From Chitinophaga pinensis (GTDB taxonomy: Bacteria > Bacteroidota > Bacteroidia > 2-12-FULL-35-15): 64,000 bases of DNA. A program made the position numbers and the translations under genes. The notes under the pieces are model-generated. The model did no database searches. It was not told where the DNA came from and saw only the letters and a program-made list of their open reading frames with translations. The stretch lies in assembly GCA_945879015.1 (NCBI GenBank), contig CAMCUO010000001.1, forward strand, positions 42,659 to 106,658. The letters run 5' to 3'. Numbering within the stretch: the stretch's first letter is position 1; each line of letters starts with the position of its first letter. Positions 9,602 to 19,957 of the stretch are shown here, one piece after another.

Positions 9602-10828
9602 TTACTTTATTCCGTATTCATTAATCTTTCGATACAATGTTCTTTCAGAAATTCCCAATTCTTTTGCAGCATTTTTACGTTTTCCTTTATGTTTTGTCAA
9701 AGCTTTTTTAATCATTTCTTCTTCAATTTCCTGAAGCGATAATGATTCTTCTATTGCTTCAGTAACTGGAATTTGATTTTGTATAATTGGAGTAGTGGAA
9801 TTATATCCCAATTGAATTGCTGTTTCTGGTGTTCCAACATCTTGAAATAATTTTTTAATCAACTGAGCGTTTTCTGGAGGAAAATCTTGATTCAATTCAT
9901 TGTCATTTTCTATTAAATCAACAACAATTTTTTTCAAATCCATCATTTCTTTTTTCATATCGAATAATACTTTATACAAAATATCACGTTCGCTAAAATC
10001 ATTTCCTGCTGTTGTAGTGCTCGCCAATACTGGAAGTTGAGAGGTTTGATGAATGGGTAAATATTTTATCATCGTATCTGAAGTGATATCGCGATTTTTT
10101 TCAATCACGGAAATTTGTTCTGTAATATTTTTTAACTGACGAATGTTTCCTTGCCAATAATAGTTTGTTAAAATTTGTTCAGCTGCAGCATCTAATTTGA
10201 TAGTAGGCATTCTATATTTTGCTGAAAAATCAGAAGCAAATTTTCTGAACAATAAATGAATATCTTGTCTGCGTTCACGCAATGGAGGAACAACAATTGG
10301 AACAGTATTTAATCGATAATATAAATCCTCTCTGAATTTTCCTTTTTCAATGGCTTGCTGAACATTTACATTTGTTGCAGCAACTACACGAACATCTGTT
10401 TTTAAAACTTTTGATGAACCAACTTTAATAAATTCTCCGCTTTCTATAACTCGAAGCAAACGTGCTTGCGTTGCAATCGGCATTTCGGCTACTTCATCTA
10501 AAAATATTGTTCCACCATTTGCCACTTCAAAATATCCTTTTCGTGCTTCATGTGCTCCGGTAAAAGATCCTTTTTCATGGCCAAATAATTCCGAATCAAT
10601 TGTTCCTTCTGGAATTGCACCGCAGTTTACGGCAATGTATTGTCCATGTTTACGGGCACTTAATGCATGAATAATTTGCGGAAAAACTTCTTTTCCCGTT
10701 CCGCTTTCTCCGGTAATTAAAACCGTTAAATCGGTTGGCGCCACTTGCATTGCAATGTCGATTGCTCTATCCAAAAGTGATGAGCTCCCAATAATTCCAA
10801 ATCTATTTTTTATCTCTTGAACTGTCAT
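9602..10828 (-). CDS. Sigma-54-dependent transcriptional activator (AAA+ domain plus a C-terminal Fis-type HTH, with no N-terminal receiver domain)
   Basis: The Walker A motif GESGTGKE, the GAFTGA variant GSFTGA, and RERRQDI are present. The C-terminus AAKELGISERTLYRKINEYGIK is HTH-like. Confidence 0.85.
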   Translation of the reverse strand: MTVQEIKNRFGIIGSSSLLDRAIDIAMQVAPTDLTVLITGESGTGKEVFPQIIHALSARKHGQYIAVNCGAIPEGTIDSELFGHEKGSFTGAHEARKGYFEVANGGTIFLDEVAEMPIATQARLLRVIESGEFIKVGSSKVLKTDVRVVAATNVNVQQAIEKGKFREDLYYRLNTVPIVVPPLRERRQDIHLLFRKFASDFSAKYRMPTIKLDAAAEQILTNYYWQGNIRQLKNITEQISVIEKNRDITSDTMIKYLPIHQTSQLPVLASTTTAGNDFSERDILYKVLFDMKKEMMDLKKIVVDLIENDNELNQDFPPENAQLIKKLFQDVGTPETAIQLGYNSTTPIIQNQIPVTEAIEESLSLQEIEEEMIKKALTKHKGKRKNAAKELGISERTLYRKINEYGIK

Positions 10829-10829
10829 T

Positions 10830-12260
10830 TTAAACTGCTTTACCGATTAACGTTCCACCTGTACAATTATCCGCCAACACATTTACATAATCTCCTTTTT
10901 TATAATTTTCTTTCGGAAAAACAACCACACAATTTTGTGAATTTCTTCCGAATAATTCTTCTTTCGATTTTTTAGAAGTTCCTTCAACCAATACTCTGTG
11001 CACTTTTCCAACTCCTGCTTTTGTTCTAATTGCTGAATGCTTTAATTGTAATTCAACAATCTCAGCCAATCTTCTGCTTTTAATTTCTGCAGTAACATCA
11101 TCTGGATATTTTCTTTCTGCCAATGTTTTTGGACGTTCACTATACGCAAACATGTAGCCAAAATCATATTTGACAGCTTCCATTAACGATAAAGTATCTT
11201 GATGTTCTTCTTCCGTCTCTGAACAAAATCCAGAAATAATATCCATGGAAATACCTGCATCAGGAATAATTTTGCGAATAGAATCAATTCTGCTCAAATA
11301 CCATTCACGTGTATAACCACGGTTCATCATTTCTAAAATTCTAGAATTACCAGATTGAACAGGCAAGTGAATATAACTGCAGATGTTATCGTATTTCGCA
11401 ATTATATACAACACCTCATCATTCATGTCTTTCGGATGCGATGTGCTGAAACGTACTCGTAAATCTGGATTTACCAAAGCCACTTTTTCTAGCAATTGTG
11501 AAAATGTAGTGGCGTTTTTTAATTCTTCGTCAGAAATATTTTCTTTTTTCAATCCTCCACCAGTCCACAAATAAGAATCTACATTTTGTCCAAGTAAAGT
11601 CACTTCTCTGTATCCTTCGTTGAATAAATCCTGAGCTTCTTTGATAATTGTTTCTGGATCACGACTTCTTTCTCTTCCTCGTGTAAACGGAACCACGCAA
11701 AATGCACACATGTTATCGCAACCTCGTGTAATGCTTATAAATGCTGTTACTCCGTTTGAACCCAATCGAACAGGAGCAATATCTGCGTAAGTTTCTTCTT
11801 TCGATAAAAGCACATTTACTGCTTTCTGACCCGTCTCCGCAATTTCAATCAGTTCGGGCAAACTCCGGTAGGCATCCGGACCAACAACTATATCCACCAA
11901 CTTTTCTTCTTCCAACAATTGTGATTTTAATCTTTCCGCCATACAGCCCAACACGCCCACAATTAAATCGGGATTTGTTTTTTTTGCTTTTTTATATTCG
12001 GTCAAACGTTTTCTAACTCTTTGCTCAGCGCCTTCACGGATAGCACAAGTATTAACGAAGATTACATCTGCTTCGTGAAAGTCGGTAGTGGTTGAGAATC
12101 CTTTATCTTTTAGTATCGATGCTACTATTTCGCTATCCGAAAAATTCATTGCACAGCCATAACTTTCCAAAAACAGCTTTTTGCCATTTGGAACAGCAGG
12201 TTTTTCCAACATCAATGCTTCACCTTGTTTACTCTCGTCAATTTCTTTGTTCTCGCTCAT
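10830..12260 (-). CDS. miaB: tRNA-i6A37 methylthiotransferase MiaB
   Basis: The radical-SAM motif CDNMCAFC, the N-terminal MTTase domain and a C-terminal TRAM-like domain are present. The start is taken at the internal ATG at 12260 (MSENKEID...). Confidence 0.88.
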   Translation of the reverse strand: MSENKEIDESKQGEALMLEKPAVPNGKKLFLESYGCAMNFSDSEIVASILKDKGFSTTTDFHEADVIFVNTCAIREGAEQRVRKRLTEYKKAKKTNPDLIVGVLGCMAERLKSQLLEEEKLVDIVVGPDAYRSLPELIEIAETGQKAVNVLLSKEETYADIAPVRLGSNGVTAFISITRGCDNMCAFCVVPFTRGRERSRDPETIIKEAQDLFNEGYREVTLLGQNVDSYLWTGGGLKKENISDEELKNATTFSQLLEKVALVNPDLRVRFSTSHPKDMNDEVLYIIAKYDNICSYIHLPVQSGNSRILEMMNRGYTREWYLSRIDSIRKIIPDAGISMDIISGFCSETEEEHQDTLSLMEAVKYDFGYMFAYSERPKTLAERKYPDDVTAEIKSRRLAEIVELQLKHSAIRTKAGVGKVHRVLVEGTSKKSKEELFGRNSQNCVVVFPKENYKKGDYVNVLADNCTGGTLIGKAV

Positions 12261-12346
12261 ATTATTTTTTAATGGATTGCAAAGATAATTAAAATAAATG
12301 GGTGACAAAATGGCGCATTTCGAATAATTTCACAAAAAAATAAAAA

Positions 12347-12374
12347 ATTTATATATATATATTATATATATATG
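12347..12374. repeat. (AT)n microsatellite in the miaB/topA divergent intergenic region
   Basis: The sequence is tatatatatatattatatatatatg. Confidence 0.8.
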
Positions 12375-12500
12375 TTTTGACAAAAGCAAATTTAATTTGC
12401 AAAAATCGTTTTTGATTTGTTTTCTTTGCAACGAATTTTGAGAAAATGGCGTCTCAACAATAATTCATTTTCATTAAACAAAAAACTAATTAGCTAGCGT

Positions 12501-14996
12501 ATGAGCAAAAATTTAGTGATAGTGGAGTCCCCTGCAAAGGCGAAAACAATAGAAGGATTTTTAGGAGAAGGATTTACGGTTAAGTCCAGTTATGGCCACG
12601 TTCGTGACCTTGCAAAAAAAGGATTTGGTGTTGATATCGAAAACAATTTCACTCCTAATTATGAAGTATCACCTGATAAATCAAAAGTAGTAAACGAACT
12701 AAAAGCATTAGCCAAAAAAGCAGAAGTGGTTTGGTTAGCAACGGATGAGGATCGCGAAGGAGAAGCTATTTCATGGCATTTATTTGAAGCATTGAACCTT
12801 TCTGAAAAGAGCACAAAACGTATTGTTTTTCACGAAATCACTAAACCTGCGATACAAAATGCGATTGCAAATCCCCGTTCAATTGATAAACATTTGGTGG
12901 ATGCACAGCAAGCGCGTAGAATTTTAGACAGATTGGTAGGATTTGAATTGTCTCCTATTTTATGGAAGAAAGTTCGTCCATCATTGTCTGCCGGCCGTGT
13001 TCAATCGGTTACTGTGCGTTTAATTGTGGAACGTGAAAGAGAAATTGTTGCTTTCAAAAGCACTTCTTCTTACAAAGTAACTGCAAACTTTATAGCAGGA
13101 AACGCGAATGTAAAAGCAGAACTTTCTGCAAAATTTAAATCGTTAGACGAAGCAAGAGCATTTTTGAAAAAGTGCGAAAATGCTGATTTTACTATCGATA
13201 GTTTAGAAACAAAACCTACAAAAAAATCTCCTTCTGCTCCCTTTACAACCTCTACTTTACAACAAGAAGCAAGTCGTAAGCTAGGTTTCTCTGTTGCACA
13301 AACAATGGTTGTTGCACAGCGTTTATACGAAAGTGGAAAAATTACATACATGAGGACGGATTCTGTGAATCTTTCTGGAACAGCCATTGATCAAGCGAAA
13401 GCAGCTATTACAGGAAATTACGGAGAAAAATATTTAAATATTCGTCAGTACAAAACTAAATCAAAAGGTGCACAAGAAGCTCACGAGGCTATTCGTCCTA
13501 CCTATATCGAAAAACAAACGGTTGATGGTGACGCAGGAGAAAAGCGTTTGTATGATTTAATTTGGAAGCGTACAATTTCATCACAAATGAGTGATGCTGA
13601 ATTGGAAAAAACAACGGTTGTGATTACAGCATCTGGAACGACTGAAAAATTTGTTGTTCAAGGTGAAGTGTTGAAATTTGATGGTTTCCTAAAAATTTAT
13701 TTGGAAGGAACGGATGATGAAGAGGATGAAAATAAAGAAGGAATGCTGCCTCCAATGAAAGTGGGAGAGCAATTAAAAATGAATGAAATTATTGCGATGG
13801 AACGATATACTCACCATCCTGCAAGATATACTGAAGCAAGTTTAGTAAAAAAATTAGAAGAACTTGGAATTGGTCGTCCATCAACGTATGCTCCAACTAT
13901 TTCTACGGTTCAAAAACGTGAATACGTTGTGAAAGAAGATCGAGAAGGAGTACAACGAAACTTTAATGTCTTGATTTTAAAAGATCAAAAAATTAATGAT
14001 GAATTAAGAACAGAAGGAACAGGAGCAGAAAAATCTAAACTTTTTCCAACAGATATTGGAATGGTTGTAAATGACTTTTTATTCAAAGAGTTCCCGCAAA
14101 TTATGGATTACAATTTCACTGCAAAAGTGGAAGAGGAGTTTGATGAGATTGCTGAAGGAAAAATTTTGTGGACAAAAATGTTGGCTGATTTCTACAAACC
14201 ATTTCATAAAAATGTATTAGACACTTCTGAAAATTCAGAGCGTGCATCAGGTGAAAGGTTGTTAGGTGTGGATCCAGTTTCGGAAAAAAATCTATATGTG
14301 CGTATTGGCCGTTTCGGACCAATGGCGCAGCTTGGCGAAGGGAATGATGAAAATAACAAACCGAAATTTTCTAGCTTGCGTAAAGACCAGCGGTTGGATA
14401 CAATTACTTTTCAGGAAGCATTGGATCTGTTTAAACTTCCTCGCGTTGCTGGAATGTTTGAAGACAAAGAAATGGTAGTTGCAGTTGGTCGTTTCGGTCC
14501 TTATGTTCGTCACAACAGTTTGTTTATTTCTTTGAAAAAAGAAGATGATCCAATGACGGTTTCTGCTGAAAGATGTGTGGAATTAATCCTTGCAAAACGC
14601 CAAGCCGAAATTGATAAATACATAAAAGTTTTTGAAGAACGTCCAGATGTTCAAGTATTGAATGGTCGCTGGGGTCCATACTTGGTGATTGATGGAAACA
14701 ATTTCAAATTACCGAAAGGCACAGATGCTCCTTCTTTAACTTTACAAGAATGTTTAGATATTGCTGCAGATCCTAAAAATGCAAGCAAGGGAAGTCGTTT
14801 CAAGAAAAAGTTCGAAAAGAAACCATTCAAACAAGCAGCAGCTAAGAAGGCTACTCCAAAGAAGAAAGCCATAAAGGGTGCTCCAATAGCGAAACTTGCT
14901 CCCAAGAAAGCAGCTCCTAAAAAAGTTGCTCCAAAGAAGCCTGCCCGTCCGGCAGTCGGGGCTGTTAAGAAAGCCACAAAACCTGCCCGTCCGTAG
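12501..14996 (+). CDS. topA: DNA topoisomerase I with a Lys/Ala/Pro-rich C-terminal tail
   Basis: The Toprim N-terminus LVIVESPAKAKTI is present, as is the active-site region with the catalytic tyrosine ITYMRTDS. The tail reads KKAAPKKVAPKKPARP. Confidence 0.95.
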   Translation: MSKNLVIVESPAKAKTIEGFLGEGFTVKSSYGHVRDLAKKGFGVDIENNFTPNYEVSPDKSKVVNELKALAKKAEVVWLATDEDREGEAISWHLFEALNLSEKSTKRIVFHEITKPAIQNAIANPRSIDKHLVDAQQARRILDRLVGFELSPILWKKVRPSLSAGRVQSVTVRLIVEREREIVAFKSTSSYKVTANFIAGNANVKAELSAKFKSLDEARAFLKKCENADFTIDSLETKPTKKSPSAPFTTSTLQQEASRKLGFSVAQTMVVAQRLYESGKITYMRTDSVNLSGTAIDQAKAAITGNYGEKYLNIRQYKTKSKGAQEAHEAIRPTYIEKQTVDGDAGEKRLYDLIWKRTISSQMSDAELEKTTVVITASGTTEKFVVQGEVLKFDGFLKIYLEGTDDEEDENKEGMLPPMKVGEQLKMNEIIAMERYTHHPARYTEASLVKKLEELGIGRPSTYAPTISTVQKREYVVKEDREGVQRNFNVLILKDQKINDELRTEGTGAEKSKLFPTDIGMVVNDFLFKEFPQIMDYNFTAKVEEEFDEIAEGKILWTKMLADFYKPFHKNVLDTSENSERASGERLLGVDPVSEKNLYVRIGRFGPMAQLGEGNDENNKPKFSSLRKDQRLDTITFQEALDLFKLPRVAGMFEDKEMVVAVGRFGPYVRHNSLFISLKKEDDPMTVSAERCVELILAKRQAEIDKYIKVFEERPDVQVLNGRWGPYLVIDGNNFKLPKGTDAPSLTLQECLDIAADPKNASKGSRFKKKFEKKPFKQAAAKKATPKKKAIKGAPIAKLAPKKAAPKKVAPKKPARPAVGAVKKATKPARP

Positions 14997-15160
14997 GCGG
15001 GACAGCTTCGCAAAAAAATAGTTTTGTTTCTTCTGTAACTTTTCGAATGAGTGAAGTTATAGAAGAAACACTTATTATTTTGAAACAACAAGCAACCAAA
15101 ATAATTTTTGTCGTCATTAATCAAAAGCTTGTATTTGAATAATTATTCGATATTTGTACG

Positions 15161-16330
15161 ATGCAAGAATTTTTCACACCAATTGATACGAATCACTTTA
15201 ACGGAGCAACAAAATATGCTTCAACTGCCTATGGGAAGCTAATTGCTTCTTATCAAAAAGGCGGAGATTTTCCTAGCTTAGAAAATATTCACATTGCAAT
15301 TATTGGTGTTGAAGAAGATCGCAAAGCATTGAATAATGAAGGTTGCGGACTGGCAGCTGATTATGTTCGCGAAAATTTATACAAATTATTTCAAGGAAAT
15401 TATCCTACAAAAATTGTTGATTTAGGAAACATCAAAAAAGGAAATTCTATTGAGGATAGCTATTTTGCTGTCACAGATGTTTTATCACAACTGCTTAAAA
15501 AAAATATCATTCCAATTGTGATTGGTGGCTCACAAGATTTAACATTTTGTAATTACCAAGCGTATCAAAAAATGGAGCAAACGATTAATATCGTTGCTGT
15601 TGATTCTTCTTTTGATATTGGCGATGGCGAGAAAACAATGAATTCACAAAGCTATCTGAGTAAAATCATTTTGCACAAACCAAACATCCTTTTCAATTTC
15701 AGTAATGTGGGTTATCAATCTTATTTTGTAGATCAGAATTCGGTTGAGTTGATGGACAAACTATTTTTTGACACGCATCGATTGGGTAAGATTAGAAAAA
15801 GTATGGAAAGTGTTGAGCCAATTGTGAGAAATGCTGATTTGGTTAGTTTTGACATTTCAGCCATTCGCCAGAGTGATGCGCCAGGAAATGGAAATGCATC
15901 GCCAAATGGTTTTTATGGTGAAGAAGCTTGTCAGATTACTCGCTATGCTGGTATGAGTGACAAACTCACATCCATTGGTTTTTATGAAATAAATCCTGCT
16001 TTTGATACCAACAAACAAACTGCCCATTTGGTGGCTCAAATGATTTGGTATTTCATTGACGGATTTTACAATCGCAAACAAGATTATCCGATTGTGGATA
16101 AATCAGAATATACTAAATACCGCGTATCTATTAAGGATCACGAGCATGAAATTGTTTTTTATAAGAGCAATAAAAGTGATCGTTGGTGGATGGATGTTCC
16201 TTATCCGGTAAATCATCAAATTAAGTTTGAGCGTCATCACATGGTTCCATGCTCTTATAGCGATTATGAAACAGCATGTAGCGATGAATTGCCTGATAAT
16301 TGGTGGCAGACCTATCAGAAATTAGGCTAA
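15161..16330 (+). CDS. Arginase/formiminoglutamase-family protein with degenerate metal-binding motifs
   Basis: The arginase fold is recognisable. GGSQD replaces GGDHS, DSSFD replaces DAHxD, and SFDISAIRQSDAPG replaces SxDxDxxDP. Confidence 0.6.
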   Translation: MQEFFTPIDTNHFNGATKYASTAYGKLIASYQKGGDFPSLENIHIAIIGVEEDRKALNNEGCGLAADYVRENLYKLFQGNYPTKIVDLGNIKKGNSIEDSYFAVTDVLSQLLKKNIIPIVIGGSQDLTFCNYQAYQKMEQTINIVAVDSSFDIGDGEKTMNSQSYLSKIILHKPNILFNFSNVGYQSYFVDQNSVELMDKLFFDTHRLGKIRKSMESVEPIVRNADLVSFDISAIRQSDAPGNGNASPNGFYGEEACQITRYAGMSDKLTSIGFYEINPAFDTNKQTAHLVAQMIWYFIDGFYNRKQDYPIVDKSEYTKYRVSIKDHEHEIVFYKSNKSDRWWMDVPYPVNHQIKFERHHMVPCSYSDYETACSDELPDNWWQTYQKLG

Positions 16331-16473
16331 AAAGTTTATAACGTGCTTAAAACTATTTCGTGTGAATTAACAATTAAATGTTTAAAATTTTGTTTTTATT
16401 AAACTTATATCTAATTTAGCGACCTAACTTTAATAAAAAAGAGCAAAAAACTGTTCAATTTAAAAAGTAAAAA

Positions 16474-17451
16474 ATGAAAAAAAGCCTTACCATCATTGCA
16501 TTGTCGATTACAGGATTGGTATCATTTGCTCAGCAAGATGCACAATTCAGTATGAATATGTTTAATCGCTTATCGGTTAATCCGGGCTATGCTGGAACCA
16601 ACAAAGCGTTATGTGCTACAATTTTGTATCGTGACCAATGGGATAAATTCCCAGGAGCTCCTAAAACAGGACTTTTAAGTGTTGACTACGGTCAAATTGC
16701 TCATGGTGGTATTGGATTTACAATCGACCAAGATCAATTAGGATTTGATAAAACCTTAAAAGCTAAGTTAGCTTACTCATTTCATTTGCCAATTGGTGCA
16801 TCTGGAACATTGGGAATTGGTTTGGATGCAGGTATGATTAACAAGTCAATGACGGGTAATTTTATTGCTCCAGATGGAACTTCTACCGTTGGTGGTGGTG
16901 GAACCGATAATGCTATTCCATGGAGTGGTACTTCTGCTACAACCTATGATGTTGGATTTGGTATTTATTTTACAAATGAGAAATTGTACGTAGGTTTATC
17001 TTCTTTACATTTACCTGGACAATCCTTATCTAAAACAGGTGGAGCAGCTCCTCCAACAGTGGGTTCGATTGCGACAGAGTATGACTGGACTTATGAAGTA
17101 GCTCGTCACTACTATGTAATGGCTGGTTATAAGTTCCAATTAGGAACTCAATTTGATTTAACTCCTTCAATTTTAACAAAATCAGACGCTTCTTCTACTC
17201 AGTTGGATTTCAACTTGTTAGCAAGATGGAACAAAATGGTGTTTGTTGGAGCTTCTTACCGTTTAACGGATGCAATTCCAGTAATGGTAGGTTTGGAGTG
17301 GAAAGGATTTAAATTAGGGTATGCGTATGATGTAACTCTCTCAGCATTAAAGAGTCACAGTGCTGGAACGCATGAATTAATGTTAGGTTATTGCAAAAAA
17401 TTCACTAAGCCTCTTGTTAAACAAGGCCACATGAATGTTAGATTTTTGTAA
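16474..17451 (+). CDS. Type IX secretion system membrane protein, PorP/SprF family
   Basis: A signal peptide is followed by the QQDAQFSMNMFNRLSVNPGYAG motif typical of PorP/SprF. The gene lies directly upstream of gldK. Confidence 0.75.
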   Translation: MKKSLTIIALSITGLVSFAQQDAQFSMNMFNRLSVNPGYAGTNKALCATILYRDQWDKFPGAPKTGLLSVDYGQIAHGGIGFTIDQDQLGFDKTLKAKLAYSFHLPIGASGTLGIGLDAGMINKSMTGNFIAPDGTSTVGGGGTDNAIPWSGTSATTYDVGFGIYFTNEKLYVGLSSLHLPGQSLSKTGGAAPPTVGSIATEYDWTYEVARHYYVMAGYKFQLGTQFDLTPSILTKSDASSTQLDFNLLARWNKMVFVGASYRLTDAIPVMVGLEWKGFKLGYAYDVTLSALKSHSAGTHELMLGYCKKFTKPLVKQGHMNVRFL

Positions 17452-17578
17452 TAAAATCAAATTTTTGTAACATTAAATTAATTGTATCGTTTAAGCTACT
17501 CTATTTGCTTTCGAGATCATCATACTTTGTGTGTGATGATTTTCTAACAATAAGGGGTTTAATATAAAAACAACAAAT

Positions 17579-19027
17579 ATGAAAAAGTTGCTCTTGTTAG
17601 GTTCTGTGGTTGCTGTTGCGTTTACAAGTTGTAAAACAAGCACTGGAGAACTTGTAGGTGTTGGACCGAGACCAGAATGGTTCGATATCGATCCTTTTGG
17701 TATGTTGTACATTCCTATGGGAAGTTACAATATGGGACCAAGTGATGAGGATACTCCTTATTCACACACTACCAAGTCTAAAGTAGTTTCTGTTCAGGCT
17801 TTTTACATTGACCAAACGGAAATTTCTAACAACGAATATCGTCAGTTCGTATATTGGGTGAAAGACTCAATTGCTCACCGTGCTTTATTTGAAGATGGAA
17901 GAGCTGAGCATGGAATCGAAACAGATGACTATGAGCAACCGATTGATCCTCCTTTGGTAAATTTTGACGAGAATATTGCTTACGATGAAACAGATGTAAG
18001 AGAGGTTCTTGAATTTATGTATTTGCCAGTTGAAGAGCGTTTCTATAAACGCAGAGAAATTGACGCTCGCAAATTGAATTTCGAATACTATTGGATTAAC
18101 TTGCGTTTGGCTGCTCAGAAGTCAAATCGTTTTAAGCCATCTAAATCTCCAGATGATAAAGGTCGTGATTTCATTAATGGTTACCAATCTACAAGTGTGG
18201 GTGATAATAAAACATTAGGTCATTATGACGTAAAAGATCAAGTATCGGATGGTAGCGGTAATTATAGTACTCGTGAACAAAAAGATAAAGACAGAAGTGT
18301 ATTTATCGTAAAAGATATTATTAACGTTTATCCTGATACATTGGCTTGGGTTCATGATTTTACTTATTCATTTAATGAGCCAATGACAAATATGTATTTC
18401 TGGCATCCAGCTTACGATGATTATCCAGTTGTTGGTGTTAGTTGGAAACAAGCACGTTCTTTCTGTATTTGGAGAACTCAATTATTTAATAATTGGTTAT
18501 TAGGCAATGGTCAGTCTTATGTTAACGACTTCCGTTTACCAACTGAATCTGAGTGGGAATATGCTGCTAGAGGTGGAAATGCTTTAAGTCCATTCCCTTG
18601 GGGTGGTCCTTATATCAGAAATGCACTTGGATGTTTCTTAGGAAACTTTAAACCAATGCGTGGTAGTTATATTGATGACGGTGGTTTCCACACAGTGAAA
18701 ATTGCATCTTACAATCCGAATGATTATGGTTTATATTGTATGGCTGGAAATGCTGCTGAGTGGACCAGTAACGCATTTGATGAATCAGCTTATGATTTCT
18801 CTCACGATTTAAATCCTGATTATGTTTACGAAGCTCAAGATAATGAAGCGACAGTGTTGAAACGCAAAGTTATCAGAGGTGGTTCTTGGAAAGACGTTGG
18901 ATATTATTTACAAACTAGTACAAGAACTTATGAGTATCAAGATACGGCGAAATGTTACGTTGGTTTTCGTTGTGTTCAAACATACCTTGGTCGTCAAAGA
19001 GGAGACGCTCCAGGTGATGGCTTTTAA
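17579..19027 (+). CDS. gldK: Gliding motility / T9SS lipoprotein GldK (FGE-sulfatase domain family)
   Basis: The lipobox AFTSC and a formylglycine-generating-enzyme-like domain are present. The gldK-L-M-N gene order is conserved. Confidence 0.85.
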   Translation: MKKLLLLGSVVAVAFTSCKTSTGELVGVGPRPEWFDIDPFGMLYIPMGSYNMGPSDEDTPYSHTTKSKVVSVQAFYIDQTEISNNEYRQFVYWVKDSIAHRALFEDGRAEHGIETDDYEQPIDPPLVNFDENIAYDETDVREVLEFMYLPVEERFYKRREIDARKLNFEYYWINLRLAAQKSNRFKPSKSPDDKGRDFINGYQSTSVGDNKTLGHYDVKDQVSDGSGNYSTREQKDKDRSVFIVKDIINVYPDTLAWVHDFTYSFNEPMTNMYFWHPAYDDYPVVGVSWKQARSFCIWRTQLFNNWLLGNGQSYVNDFRLPTESEWEYAARGGNALSPFPWGGPYIRNALGCFLGNFKPMRGSYIDDGGFHTVKIASYNPNDYGLYCMAGNAAEWTSNAFDESAYDFSHDLNPDYVYEAQDNEATVLKRKVIRGGSWKDVGYYLQTSTRTYEYQDTAKCYVGFRCVQTYLGRQRGDAPGDGF

Positions 19028-19083
19028 TTTGTATTCTCTAATCTAAACTAAATAATAATTATTAACTTTTAACTTTTAAAATT

Positions 19084-19860
19084 ATGGGTGGTAAAAAATG
19101 GAAAATGTTCATGGCCAAATTGTATGGATTTGGTGCGGCAATCGTAATCATTGGAGCGATGTTTAAAATTATGCACTGGCCAGGTGCAGGACCAATGCTT
19201 GTTGTTGGTTTATCTACAGAGGCCGTAATCTTCTTTTTCTCGGCATTTGAACCACCACACGAAGAAGTGGATTGGAGTTTGGTATATCCTGAATTAGCTG
19301 GTATGCATGGTGAAGAAGGGGGTAATCTTATTGAAGATAAAGGCTCTTTAACAGAACAATTAGATACGATGCTTGAAGATGCTAAAATCGGACCTGAACT
19401 TATGGCAAGTTTAGGTGAAGGGATGCGCAGTTTAAGCGACCAAGCTGGAAAATTAAATAACATTACTGACGCTTCTGTTGCTACTAACGATTATGTATCA
19501 AGTGTAAAATCTGCAGCTAAAAATGTTGATTCATTATCAGATGCTTATACAAAAGCAGCTGATTCATTAACTGGACTTACTGTTAATAGTGGCGAAAGCT
19601 CTAACTTAGGTGAGCAAATTGTTAAGGTTTCTAAAAACTTATCAGCTTTAAATGCTTCTTACGAATTGCAATTGCAAGGTTCTAATGAACATTTAAAAGC
19701 TACTTCTAAATTCTATAGTGGATTAGAAGAATTAGTTCAAAATCTTAACGATTCTGTTGACGATACTAAGAAATACAAAGAGCAAATTGCTAGTTTGTCT
19801 TCTAACTTAGAATCATTAAACACTATTTACGGTAACATGCTTACCGCAATGAGAAAATAA
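19084..19860 (+). CDS. gldL: Gliding motility / T9SS protein GldL
   Basis: The N-terminus has two transmembrane helices (FGAAIVIIGAMFKIMHWPGAGPMLVVGLSTEAVIFFFSAFEPP) and is followed by a coiled-coil cytoplasmic domain. Confidence 0.85.
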   Translation: MGGKKWKMFMAKLYGFGAAIVIIGAMFKIMHWPGAGPMLVVGLSTEAVIFFFSAFEPPHEEVDWSLVYPELAGMHGEEGGNLIEDKGSLTEQLDTMLEDAKIGPELMASLGEGMRSLSDQAGKLNNITDASVATNDYVSSVKSAAKNVDSLSDAYTKAADSLTGLTVNSGESSNLGEQIVKVSKNLSALNASYELQLQGSNEHLKATSKFYSGLEELVQNLNDSVDDTKKYKEQIASLSSNLESLNTIYGNMLTAMRK

Positions 19861-19884
19861 TTCCGTGAACGGAATTATTTTTTC
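19859..19884 (+). terminator. Hairpin plus T-run directly after gldL (possible partial terminator within the gld operon)
   Basis: The stem aattccgt/acggaatt is followed by a T6 run. Confidence 0.5.
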
Positions 19885-19957
19885 TTTTTGTTGAAGATTT
19901 ATTTCTTCAGCAGCGACTTATTAATATAATATTAATCTATAGAAATAATATAGAACT

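Noticed and set aside
12261-12308. A longer MiaB N-terminus from the ATG at 12308
   Set aside because: The extra 16 residues, [16 protein letters not shown], are not MiaB-like. The internal ATG at 12260 (MSENKEID...) matches family N-termini better.
14651-15124. Minus-strand 157 aa ORF
   Set aside because: It is antisense to the topA C-terminal K/A/P tail, and its A/G/F-rich product mirrors that tail.
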